This document shows, piece after piece, positions 46,844-59,001 of a stretch of DNA of 64,000 nt. Every line of letters starts with the position of its first letter. The first letter of the stretch is position 1. The position numbers were made by a program, and so were the translations under genes. Location of the stretch: the NCBI GenBank assembly GCA_964252035.1, contig OZ176203.1. One strand, 5' to 3'. The notes under the pieces were generated by a model. That model searched no databases and had not been told where the DNA came from. It saw only the letters and a program-made list of their open reading frames with translations. This stretch comes from Podarcis erhardii (taxonomy: Eukaryota).

Positions 46844-47597
46844 AGTGGGCTAAATCTCTTAATTTGAGGATCATCAATGCAAGGCTGTGTAGTAGGGAAA
46901 GGTCAACTTACTCCCTGCTCACCTGCTTCTTCCCAGTGCCCCCCCAAAAGAGCCAGTGTACCCCTAGGTCTCTCTCTGGCACATAGAGAAGCTGCTCTAG
47001 AAGAGAGGTCCCCGGTTCCCTTCCCTTGGGTGCTGGTTTTTAACCCCAGAACCCAGTGATGGCACCAGGCTGGATAGCTGTAAAAGTAAGAGCTGTTTGA
47101 CAGTGGAACAGACTCCAATGGAAGGTAGTGGATTCTCCCTCCTTGGAGGTTTTGAAGCAGAGGCTGGATGGCCATCTACCAGGGACACTCATAGGGTAGG
47201 GCATTTTCAGCCACCCCAGGTTTCCTCTGTCTTCCTTCCCCTCTCTCCTGGTTTTGTGCTGCACTTTAAAATGCCCCCTCTTTTTTGGAGGGTCTGCGGT
47301 GATTAAGCTTTTTTTAATTAAGTTCCCACTGGTTCATTTTTGTGACCTTTCTCTGCCGCCATGCGTGCAATTCTGATTATTTTCCTTGCATATTCATTTT
47401 ACATGTGTGTCTGACTCATGTTTGCTAAAAGCATTGGACGTTCGGTGGGCTATAAATGTATTAAAATGGATAAATACATTCTTCCTATACCCAGCTAACC
47501 TCACGGCAGGTGATAGAGAAGCTGGTCGCATGGACGTCCTTACAGCATGGATGTTGGGGTATCTTTTTAAGAGAGCAACTTCTTTTCCTCTCCACAG

Positions 47598-47712
47598 TTC
47601 CAGGAAGAGCAGCGCAAGAGGGAAATAGAGGAACGGCGAAGGTTCCCGCTGGAGCAGAGACTCCGGGAACATATCATTGGCCAGGAGAGCGCCATAGCAA
47701 CTGTTGGAGCTG
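47598..47712 (+). CDS. CLPB: CLPB coding exon 7 (linker helix and start of AAA+ domain)
   Basis: Acceptor ccacAG; 115 nt encoding [38 protein letters not shown]. Donor GTAAGA. Phase 0 to 1. Confidence 0.98.
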
Positions 47713-48567
47713 GTAAGATCTGGGGCTCTGATTTGATTAGCCTTCTGCTCTGCAAATCCTGCAGAGAAGCTGGAAGGGGGTTAGTTAGTGTGTGTGCACC
47801 CACACGTGTGTGTCACATAAATGTTATGCTGTAATTGTATTTAGAACTTGTGTGTGCACAAAACAGTCAAGAATACCTTAAGCTGCAAAGCTGAGAATTT
47901 CAGCTTTTAAAAACTTTTATTCTTGTTTGTGGAGAGTCGCTTTTTTAATTGCTGGGGGTTTTTTTCTTTGCCTGAGATGAAATCCAGGAAAATACAAGGA
48001 ATTTTGTCACCAGTGAAGGTCTGGGCACCAGTGTGTGTTGCAGCCGCCTACAGCTATAGCACATAACCCTGCAATTTGGCATCTGGCTCAGAATTCTGAC
48101 TCCTGAAAATGTCAGAATTCGTATCTGGAAAGAAAAATGCATTTTAGTTCCTAGGATTGCAGGAATAAGCTTGGGAAGTATGTTCCTCATGAAATCATAG
48201 ATGCCACGGGAAGGACACAGAAGCAGGGGTTTCCGTTCCCTTGGTCTGCAAAAGTGGACCAGATGAGAGGAATGAAACGAAAGGTGGAGCCATAGCATGG
48301 TGGTGGCCATGATCCTTTGGCCAAAAAGCTGGGGGCGATAAGAGTTGGAATCCAGATCCTCCTTAGCATCCTCTCAAACGGAACCATTTTTTCAAATGAT
48401 CTCTTAGCCACACTGAATAGAGCACTATTACTACTGTACTGGTTGTATTAGGAAAGGAAGCTGCTCTTATTGCAGTGTATAATTGCTGCAGCCTTTCTTG
48501 CTGTAGCATTACTTGGCTGGCTTTTATTCCAGATTGGAGTTTTTTAAAGCAATATACACATTGCAAC

Positions 48568-48610
<43 letters not shown>
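48568..48610. repeat. (AAT)n microsatellite, tail of a minus-strand L2 fragment
   Basis: TAA repeats adjoining TTTATTTGTACCCCGCCCATCTGG. Confidence 0.9.
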
Positions 48611-48611
<1 letters not shown>

Positions 48612-49956
48612 TAATTTATTTGTACCCCGCCCATCTGGCTGGGTTTCCCCAGCCACTCTGGGCAGTTTAAATCTTTCTCTGTGCATCCCACTCTGCTGGT
48701 GAGAGCAGGGTGTGCATTGTGAACAGTCCTTTTTTCCCTGGAAAAACAGACGCTGGTACACACCATGAAGTTATTGCATTAAGTGCTACACTTTTTAACA
48801 ACAAGGGGGGTGGTACTGCATACCCTTGAGTACCCCTGGGGGAGGCACTGGTTGTGAGAGACAGGATTGTACGCCGTGTGTTTTAGTGGTACCTTGAGAT
48901 AGCAAAGAAATAACATTTTTCCTCCCTGACCTGCTAGTTTTCTGTGTGCAGGCTTTCTTCTGTTCTGTTTTGTTGCAGGGGGGAGTGTTCAGTCACGTGA
49001 ACCTCCCGCTTCCAGGCAGAAGGGGTACAGGGCACACCCAAATTAGCCACTTTATTCAGAGCTAGGCGTTGTCAGTTTTGCAATCCATTACAAAGTTTCT
49101 CATGGGTTGCCTTCCAATAAAGAAAAACTTTTGTCTCTGGATTGGCCTTCAGAGAATGCGGCAGAGTCACAAATAAAGTTGAAATGTGGGGTGGATTCCG
49201 AGTGTCTGTTCAGCGCATGCCCATCCTCGGGACCCAGAGGGTGCTGCTCTCCCAAATAAAGTCACTCTATGTCCTGGAGCCTGTCACAGGAGACAGGTCC
49301 CTCCTCCAAAACAGAGAGATCTTTGGAGCTTGGGACTGCAATGGGAGGCAGAAACAATGTGAACGACTTCAGGGCTTCGGAAAGTATCTCTCTGCCCTTC
49401 TCCCAGAGTCCATTGTGTAGTAAATAAAGAATATTAAAACTCTTTGTCAACCTCCTGTTACTGAAATCTCCCCCTGTTGCGTTCGCGAGACCATTAACAG
49501 CGATAAATGGAAGGAAGGGGATGTGGGCTGTTGAAGCCTCTCTTTATCTTTTAACTGTGGCCAAAGGCCAGGCTGAGGAGCCCCAGAAGGCAGAAACTGA
49601 TCCTAAGCACGCCCTAATGGGCACTCCTGCCCCTGCCTGAGTCAGGGGTGGTTCACACAACCTACTCCCTGGCAGGAACCATCCTCACAGCTCTGCAGAG
49701 AGCCCAGCAAAGGCCTCTTTGGGCCTGTTAATATGAGTCATGAAAGACTGGAGGAGGGAAGTTGAGTACAAGTCCGGCTGGCCTTCTCATCGCCGGAAAT
49801 CCCAGCTCCCAGAACCTGCAGCCCTCCAGAGGTTTTGGACTACAACTCCCTGTTGTAGCAGATCGGGGAAAGCTGAGTTTAATGTAGAACAGAGTGAGCT
49901 ATATTAACATGTCACCTGGCTTTGGACTCTTGTCGTGGATGAAATAATAGGAGCTA

Positions 49957-50285
49957 CAGTGGTGCCTCGCAAGACGAAAATAATCCGTTCCGTGAGTCTC
50001 TTCGTCTAGCGGTTTTTTTCATCTTGCGAAGCAACCCTATTAGCGGATTAGCGCTATTAGCGGATTAGCGGCTATTAAAGGCTTAGCGGCTTAGCGGCTA
50101 AGAGGCTATTAGCGGCTTAGCAGCTTAGAAAAAGGGGGGGGAGCGGGAAAACTCGCAAGACGAAAACATCTTGCGAAGCAAGCCCATAGGGAAATTCGTC
50201 TTGCGAAGCGCCTCGAAAAACGGAAAACCCTTTCGTCTAGCGGGTTTTTCGTCTTGCGAGGCATTCGTCTTGCGGGGCACCACTG
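49957..50285. mobile_element. Tigger/pogo-like MITE family A
   Basis: TIRs with TA at 49955-56 and 50286-87; longest TTAGCGG-type array in the window. Confidence 0.92.
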
Positions 50286-53177
50286 TATTCAACATTCCTT
50301 CCAGTTTATTGATTTGGGGGTTCCTTCCAGTTTAATGATGGAGGGGGAGGCAAGCAAACTTGTGATGAGCTTGAAAATAAAAGGGGCCGGGCCTGCGAAA
50401 CCACTGAAGCTTGATAGAGCCTAAGCGAAGCCCTTCTTGGTAGAGGATCTATATTCTCCGTCGCTGTTTACGCTGCCTCACGGCCGGGATGAGAAGAATG
50501 AAATCAGGGGAAATGAATATGGATGTGCAGATTTGATAAATTTGAATAATTTGTAATGATCGTATCCTTCATGTTTTTCAGTGCATGAGCCTTCCTGGGC
50601 ACTGCACAAAGATCCAATCAAAGGCCTTGTGCCTTCAGGCAAAAATAGTGCAGAAAGTGGCATTTTTCTGGTTGCAGAATTTGCGTTTGGGGGCAGGAGA
50701 CGGTGGGATGCTTATGACTCTGGTCATCAAAGCAATTGGTGACTCGTCATTTGGTTAGGCCGCTTGCAGGCAGTGGAGGAGAAACCTGAATGGAGCACGT
50801 GGGACACGGCTGAGCAATAGCTGAGACCCCATGAAAAGTGGGCAAGGCCCCTCAAGCCCCTTCCCACCTTTGCTCTGCCGCTGCCTCCAGCTTTTTAAGC
50901 ATCTTTCTGCAAGCATGCATTCTAGGGACATAAGAAAGAGCTTGGTTTCTCTAGAATCTGACGGGCCTGGCTGGCCCAGAGCTGTGCTGTAAATGAAGAT
51001 CGTGGGACGTAGTTTGGGCCTCGGGTTTGGGAGGGCGAGGCTCCCCCCTGCAAAGGCACCACATGTGCACCCTGGTTAGAGAAAGGCTGTGCCTGGAGGC
51101 AGCAGCGGGGGCTAATTAGGGAGCTTTGATTAATGGGCAGGGCCTCTCTCTGACACAGGTGGTGGCGGGGCTCGCGAGACCAGCTGCCTTCATGGAACTT
51201 CCCTTTATTGAATTAGGCAGGACCAGGCACACTCTGCCTCGGGATATCGCGCCAGGAAGGGGAGGCTTGCTGGTGCTTTTGCTGCCGCCTGCCCTGATGG
51301 TCCCAACCTGTTAAGCTTTGACGTGGGTGGGTGGGAGGGGGCGTTCTTGACACACATACCCAGTTACTCTGAGTAGTCCTTGCCCTTCTTTCAAGAGGGG
51401 CTTTCAAACACAGGGCATACTGCTGTGTTCCCAGTCTAAATGCTGCAGCAGTGTGCCCCCCACCCCATGCCAGTGCACGTTGGTGTGGGGAGAGGAGTGT
51501 CAGAAGCAACCCTTAATTCAGCTGCTAGCTTATGCTAGCCTTATGCTCCATCCCAGGACACAGGATGGTTGACAGTTGTCAAGCAAGCTTTCTTTGACTT
51601 GCCTTTAGGGGCATACCTGGCGCCTGCTTTCTTGCTTCAGCGGGCTCACTGGGACCCAGTTTGAGGAGCCCGATCTGAGGCTCACAGCTTACATTCAGTC
51701 TGTTGTCTTCTAGCCGGTTGTTTTGCTGCTTCTGCCCAGTGTGGTTGCCCAGGGCATCAGCTTCATCGGCAGAGAGAGAAAGTGCATTCAGGTTTTTGGG
51801 GGAGCAAGAGTTGACTTCATGCAACAACAAGAGGATGTCTCCAAGGGATGCCCCAGAATATGAGAACATAACAAGAGCCTGCTAGGTCAAGCCGATGCCC
51901 CATCTGGTCCAGCATTCTGTTCTCACAGTGACCAACCAGATGCCTGCATGTGAAACCTGCAAGCAGGATCCGAGCATGAGAGCAACTCTCCCCTCCATCA
52001 GTCTCTAGCAGCTTGTGTTCAGAAGCATTGCTGCCTCCAACTGTGGAGGCAGAGCAAAACCATCATGGCTAAGTAGCCTTTGACAGCCTTATCCTGCTCC
52101 TTAAATTTGCTTAATTCTCTTTCTTAAGCCATCCAAGTTGGTGGCCATCACTTCTTCCTGTGGGAGCAAGTTCCATAGCGGGAAAAGGATGAAGACGAAT
52201 GGTCAATAGTGCATGCAGACATTCAAAATGAGCAGCCGCTTGCATAGCTGTACTGTGTTGCTTTCCCACTTATTTGGTGGGCGTTTTGCTTGTAGTAGGA
52301 GCTTGTAGTTGCCTACACTGACTGGCAGCAGCTGTCCTCAGTTTCAGACCAGGAGTCTTTCTCAGCCCTGCCTAGAGCTGCCAGGGGTTGAGCCTGGCAC
52401 TTTCTGCCAGGTGTTCTTCCCATTGACTTTTGGCCCTTCCTGTAGAGCAGCACGGGGCTTAAAGTTTAGCACACTTTTCTTGGAGCAGAGTGGGAGTGGG
52501 CTGGCGGCAGGAATCTGGCCCTGTTTCTGCCTTGACCCCTTTGGCCACCACCTTCCTGCCCAGCCGACCCACGTCTGCTCATCGAACTGAGCCACCGCAG
52601 CAGTGGGGGAAGCCAAGCAGGGTCCCTTGTATGCCAGCGCCTTGCCTCGCAAGGGCAAAGTTGGTCTTTGGTTCATGCCTGAAGGACGTTGCCCCTTTGG
52701 CGTCACGAGCCCGGCCAGGCCAAGAAACCCCACAGAATGAATTGATTTGATAAATGGACATTTATTACACTCACAAATTGGCTGAAACCAATTTTGGTCA
52801 CGTCAACCCCTGATAACTGCTGGGGTATTGATTTGTGTAAAGTAATACAGTGAATTTATCAGTTCAATAGCCAGCTTGAGAGGCCTCTCAGAGACCCAGC
52901 GCTGTGGCGGCTCTGCAGTTACGGAGGGCAAAAGAAAGCCCAGGCTGGAAAGAGCTCTGGAGCCAGGGAGGCCCAAGGTGGCAGCGCCTGCCTCCTTCCC
53001 TCCCTCTCTTGTGCTCTTTCTCTCTCTGCTGCTCCCAGAATTTCAGCCAGGACTTCTGTGCCTTAGTTCCTCCACAGCCTTTCTGCAAGAGTGAGGAGAG
53101 CGTAGCCTTGCAGAGAACAGATCTGCCTAAAATAGGGGTTGGATTCCCTCCATGGCCAGGTGGCGCAGATGTCCTGG

Positions 53178-53325
53178 ACAGCTCAGTTGGTTACAGCGTG
53201 GTGCTGATAACACCAGAGTTGTGGGTTTGATCCACTTCTGGGACAGCTGCATTTTCCTGCATTGCAGGGGGTTGGACTAGATGATCCTCAGGGTCCCTCC
53301 TAACTTTACAATTCTGTTATTCTGC
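53178..53325 (+). mobile_element. tRNA-derived SINE with a CR1-type tail (Squam2-like)
   Basis: Head AGCTCAGTTGGTTACAGCGTGGTGCTGATAAC (A box) and GTTTGATCC (B-box-like), then CCTGCATTGCAGGGGGTTGGACTAGATG. A similar copy lies at about 62065-62195. Confidence 0.75.
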
Positions 53326-54427
53326 GTTGAGCCACCGGCGTCTTAACTGCCACTTCAGCTGGTCTTTGCTCTGTTGCTAACCAACTCTTTCACCTTCCAA
53401 TCCTAGGCAGTGCTGCACAGTGTAGCTATCAAATTATTTTTATCTTCAGAAAAAACCCTTGCTGTCTTTTTCTTGGTTGGCTTTTGCAGCAGCCCTGCCG
53501 GGCGGACCTCCATTATGCCCATTTTGCAGATCGGGAACTGAGGCCGAGATCACCATGGTGGTCCAGGTCTCCCAATTTCCAAATTGCTAGTGAGTAGTTA
53601 TGAGTTGCTTTGTGCCCTTTGCTCAAAGTCAATATAAAAAATATGTTTCCAAGGGATCTTGCAAGAGTATCGCAGAACCTGCATGCTGAGAGGGTCTTTC
53701 TTGCATTTTACCTGTGGAATTTCAACCAGCCAGCCTTCAGCCACTTATGTTTGAAATCACATGAGTTAAATGTGCTTAAGATGTGGCCATACTATAATGC
53801 GTCTGGATAGCAGTTGTCAAAGACCCGCAGGAGACGGGGGAGTGCTCTTGCACTCTTATGCTGTGATCTTGCTTGGGGGGGGGGGTTCCCCCACAGGCAA
53901 CTGGTTGGCCACTGCGGGAACAGGATGCTGGGCTCCATGGGCCACTGGCCTGATCCAGTAGCCAGGCTCTTCTTCCATTCTTCTGGAAATGAAGGAAATG
54001 TTCAAGGTGGCTTTGTCTGCTCCAGAAGCGGAAGGGCAAGGAAGGAAAGCAGAGCCCTCAGAACCACCACCACCCGGCTGCCGAAAAGTCCTGCTCAGCA
54101 CCACCTCCACCTGCCAAGATTTTGCCAATCACTCCCCAAACACTTCCACGCATATCCCTTCAGGTGTGAAGAGTTAACATTTGCTTCTTTTTTAAAAAGA
54201 AGAAGAAGAAGAAGAAGACCGAGCTCCTTCCCCTTCTAAATCCCACACTTTTCATGGTGTGACTCTGGTCATGTCAAACTGCTCCTTCCTTTTGCACAAG
54301 GAGGAAATGGCGTCGCCACCCTCTCCCAAAACAATCAGTTGAGCAAGGCCTGATTCTGGCCTCAAATTTTCTTGCTTTCATTTTAAAAACACATGGAAGG
54401 AAACAGGCAGAAAACATTCAGAGATGC

Positions 54428-54466
<39 letters not shown>

Positions 54467-57178
54467 GAAAGGATCATTATTTGGAACCCCGTGTCTGGAA
54501 AAGCTCACTGGCCCTTCTCCAGAGTTCGTCCTCTGCCTCTGGGTGCTCCTGGACATGCCGTCCACGTTGCCCTGCTCTGCAAGAAGCACAGTGGCCTGTT
54601 TTCAAGCATCTGGTGGTTCTCATTTGTGCTCTCTCACTCTCTTTCTCTCTCCTTCTGTCTGCCTTTCCCTCCCCTTCCATTATCCTACTCGGCTATCACA
54701 AGATATATCTTTTGCTCGTCATTCTTTTCAAGCTTGGCATTTCGCCTACTTTTAAGGAGCGCCTCTGTCAAGCGTAATACGTCGCATCTCCGGTCTCGCT
54801 GACCTCTGTCAACCGCCAAGACAGGGCTGAGTGGAATTTTAAAAAGCCGGCTGGGCAGGTGAGCGTTCTCTGCAAGGAGGCCCTCTCTATCACAACAACC
54901 TGGCACCCTTCTGGGCATCTCCCATCAGCCCCATCCAACGCACCACCGGGGGAAGGCTGCAAAATACAGCTCCTGCAGCACCCTCTCTTCTTTGCACAAA
55001 GTATCACAAAACACTTTTATGAGAGTGCCTACACCGACTGGCAGCCACTCTCCAGGTTTTCAGGCAGGATGCATCTCCCAGCCCTACCTGGAGGTGCCTG
55101 GGATTGAAGCTGAGATGTTCTGCATGCAGACCAGGTCCTCTGCCCCTGAGCTATGGTTCTACAGCTTTTGAGAAGTGCATTGGAAGACAGAGGCCTTGTT
55201 CTAAATAGGACTGGAAACTGGGAAGACCTTCATCGGATGAGGCGTCGCTGCCTCTCCTTGATGTATCAGTACCTTTTCAGCCCAAGGAGCATGGGAAGCT
55301 GTTGTGGCGTGTGAAGTCAGGACATTGTTCCACCTAGGCTGGGGATATTTCCCCTGAATGGCAGCAAAGAGTCCCTTTCCTGGGTTGTTCTCCAAGCCCA
55401 TTTGTCTGCCTGTGATTGCATCTTAACTGGAGATGGCAGGGACTGAACGTGGGGCCTTCTGCATGCAGCTGTTGCTGAGCACATAATGCGAAGGAGAGGT
55501 CGGAAAGGTTCTGTGGTGGCTGGAAGCTAAATTGCTGCTGTGCCCGACAGTCCTATGGGCAGGTTTTGAATCTGATATTATTCTTTGAATGCGGCACTGA
55601 CCCCTTTGACCCTCCCCCTTTTCTCCTGCATCTTGAGTTCTTTTAAGTTTAGAAACTGCTAGATTAGGCTGTGTAGCGCAGCATCCAGTTCTCACAGTGG
55701 CCAACCAGATGCCTCTTTGGGGAAACCCACTTTGGGGAGTCGTGCACAAGAGGAATCTTCCCCTCCTGCAGTTCTGGAGGCAGAGCATAGCCATTCTGGC
55801 TAATAGCCATCAGTAGCGCTCTCCTCCTCTATGAATTTGTCTATTCTCCATTAAAGTCACCAGAGTTGATGGCTGTTATTATCTCCTGTGGGAGAGAGTT
55901 CCACAGTTCCCTCTCCTTCTCCATGAATGTGTTTGATCCTCTTTTAAAGCATCAGGAAAGGACAAATGAAAGAATGACTGAGAGCTGCGTGGCTTCATCT
56001 CTCTGTCTTGGAGTGGCTATGAATTTTAATTAAGACTACCAGCATATAGAATAGCATTAAGGCAGGAGGGGAACATAAGTCTTGGCACCAGGGAACTTTC
56101 AATCTAAATTGTAATTTGGGGGTGGGGGGCTATTTTATGTATTTAACAAAATAAAAGTGGTTTCATGGGCTCAGGTGGAATGGCTAACAGGCGGTGACTA
56201 TGAGAAGAGCTTTCTGGATCAGGCCATTGGCCCACATGCGAGCATAGATGCACTGTGGATGCAAACATAGCAGTTTAGTAGCAATTTCCAAATTCCTTTG
56301 GCTTTCTCATGGAGTGTGGCTACTGGTACATTAGTCACTGAGCTGCTGGATCATCCTCTCCTGCTGGGTCCATAGTTCCTCAAACCCTGGCAAGCAGAAG
56401 TGGCTTCACCTCAGTGTTGCGTTTACAACTCAGAGGCCCCAAGAAAAAAAAAATCTGGGTGGTGAATGTGGCACATAGAGCAGCTGGCATGGTTTGGAGG
56501 TTTGTGACACCATTTTTCATGCTGTGTGCTGACTTTCCTGGGTGGCTTTGGCATGCTGAAGTGGTCCTCTGAATGCTTCAGAGCACACCAAGATGGCGCC
56601 TCGCCCTGTCCTGACTGAAAACTGCTTCTTGAACATTTTCCAGGAGAGGAGGAGTCACGGTCAGGACACGGATCAGGGGGTTCAAGATGCTGCTTCACCA
56701 TGCCAGAGCAACCCAGAAAAGCCAGCTTCGTGGTGAGTTGTGCACCTCTGAGAAAAGGGAAGTGGGGGTTGAATAAGTTTTCAGCCACAATTTCACAGAG
56801 TATGTGCAGGGAGTTTGTTTTTAAACGTATTTACATGCTGCCAATTCATAAAACAATTTATACAAATTAACATAAAACACCATTAAAAATCCTGCCAAGT
56901 TGTGTCAGGAAGAGCCTGTTCTGCAACTTGCATAAATTAAGCAAAATTGCTTGCATGCTTTTGTTTTGCATAATTTATTCTGTTGGGGGCTGCTTGCTGA
57001 GGCTGACAAGGGGCAGAGCGTTGTAGCTTCACATCACTGCAGCTCAGAAATCCAGCTCCTGCCCACGTGCTTTTTCAAGCCTGTTTTTATCTATGAAGAC
57101 AAGAGCTTCATAAAGTTTTTGAAGCAAAAGCTGATTTTCTCAGAAGGCTAAAGCAGGAATCCTGCTCCAGGCATTATA

Positions 57179-57671
57179 CAATCCTACCTTGGGTTACAGA
57201 AGCTTCAGGTTGTGCCTTTTTGGGTTACAGACGTGCCGAAACCTGGAAGTACCAGAATGGGTTACTGCTGGGTTTCGGCACATGCACAGAAGCGCTAAAT
57301 CGCTCTTTGCGCATGCCCAGAAATGCCGAATCACAACCCACGCGTGAGCAGACACGATGCTGTGGGTTGCGGGTGCTGCAGGTTGCGAATGTGCCTCCCG
57401 CACGGATCACGTTTGCAACCCGAGCGTCCATTGTACAGTCATACCTTGGGTTGAAGTAGCTTTGGGATGAGTAATTTCGGGTTGCGCTCCGCGGAGACCC
57501 GGAAGTAACAGAGTGCGTTACTTCCAGGTTTTGCCGCTCGCACATGCACAGACGCTCAAAATGACTTCATGCGCGGAAGCAGCGAATCGCCAGACGCCCG
57601 GACGTGGGTTGTGTTTGCTTCAGGGTGCAAACAGGGCTCTGGAACAGGGCCGGATGTGAACAGGGCCCCTG
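57179..57671. mobile_element. Two abutting older Tigger-like MITEs (57179-57433 and 57436-57671; the second is family C inverted)
   Basis: Degenerate TIRs; shared TA at 57434-35 (CCATTG-TA-CAGTCATACC); second element matches the reverse complement of 22177-22415. Confidence 0.7.
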
Positions 57672-58695
57672 TATAAAAACCTCTACAGAAGGAGAGCCCA
57701 CAACCTCCCGTGGGAAACCTGAAAGCAGGATTCGAGCACAAGGGAAACTCTCCTAATCTGTGGTTTCCAGCATCTGGCATTCAGAAGCATTGCTGCCTCC
57801 AACTGTAGAGGCAAAGCAGAGCCATCATGGCTAGTAGCCATCAGTGCCTCCTGTGGAATTGAGTTCCAAAGGTGAACTGTGTGCTGCATAAAGAAGTCCT
57901 TTATTTTATGTGTCCTGTCCTTTTCTTTAATGCAGCAGCCAGACCTTAAGCACAGCCACTGAATGTAAACAAATGCTGCCAAATGCTGTGGTCACTTTTC
58001 CCTTCCCTTTTTTAAACGCTGTGCATGTGCTGTGATCTTGAGAATGCAAAGCTGCAGTCGGGGTGCCAAGAAGAGCAGGATCCACAGGGAAGCTGTCTGC
58101 CCCAGAGGGCAGGTTTGGACAACCCAGAAGTTTTAAGTGCTGCTCCTCTGCAAAGTAGATCCTTTTGCATTCCAAATCCATCCCATGTTTCCCTGGCATA
58201 TCTCCCTTGCATCCTCCTCCATCCTAGCACCATTATTTACTGCGGCCCATGAGTCTTCACAAGGCTGCCGTGACCTTGAATTCAAGGCTTCCTTCCCGTT
58301 AGCATCGGAGAGGTAGCAGACTTCTCCTTCCCAGGTCTTTGTGCACAAAGGTGGCGCTTACAAGCTGGCGAGCTATTGAGCCTCTAGAATCTCTCTTTCC
58401 CCCAACCCTTTCCCCTCCCCTCTCGGTCCACCCGACAGGTCCCTTTCTGGTTCATTCAGTGTCCATCCTCCCTCCTGTTTCCCTGGCAACGCTGAGTGCA
58501 CATCCTGGAAAACTTTATCCGAAATCTGCTCTGGGCAGCTTTCCAAATCCATGCTAACCTGATTAGGTATCTCTGGGGGCCTTGCTGGCTAATCAAATTA
58601 GGTAGCTCTAATGGCAGCGAAGACTTTGAGTGGGCAGAGAGCAGTAAAACATAGTGTATACTTAGTGATAATTATACTTGCTGTTGTGTCATTGA

Positions 58696-59001
<306 letters not shown>

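Noticed and set aside
48850-49500. Solo LTR ending ...CCATTAACA after an AATAAA
   Set aside because: No convincing 5' TG boundary with a matching 4-6 bp TSD; unsupported without a repeat library.
50035-50130. Interstitial telomeric repeat
   Set aside because: The unit is TTAGCGG-like, not TTAGGG, and is confined to the MITE interior.
53178-53240. tRNA genes (also about 4030-4090, 6070-6110, 19775-19850, 62065-62125)
   Set aside because: These are degenerate A/B-box heads fused to SINE bodies, with no complete cloverleaf.
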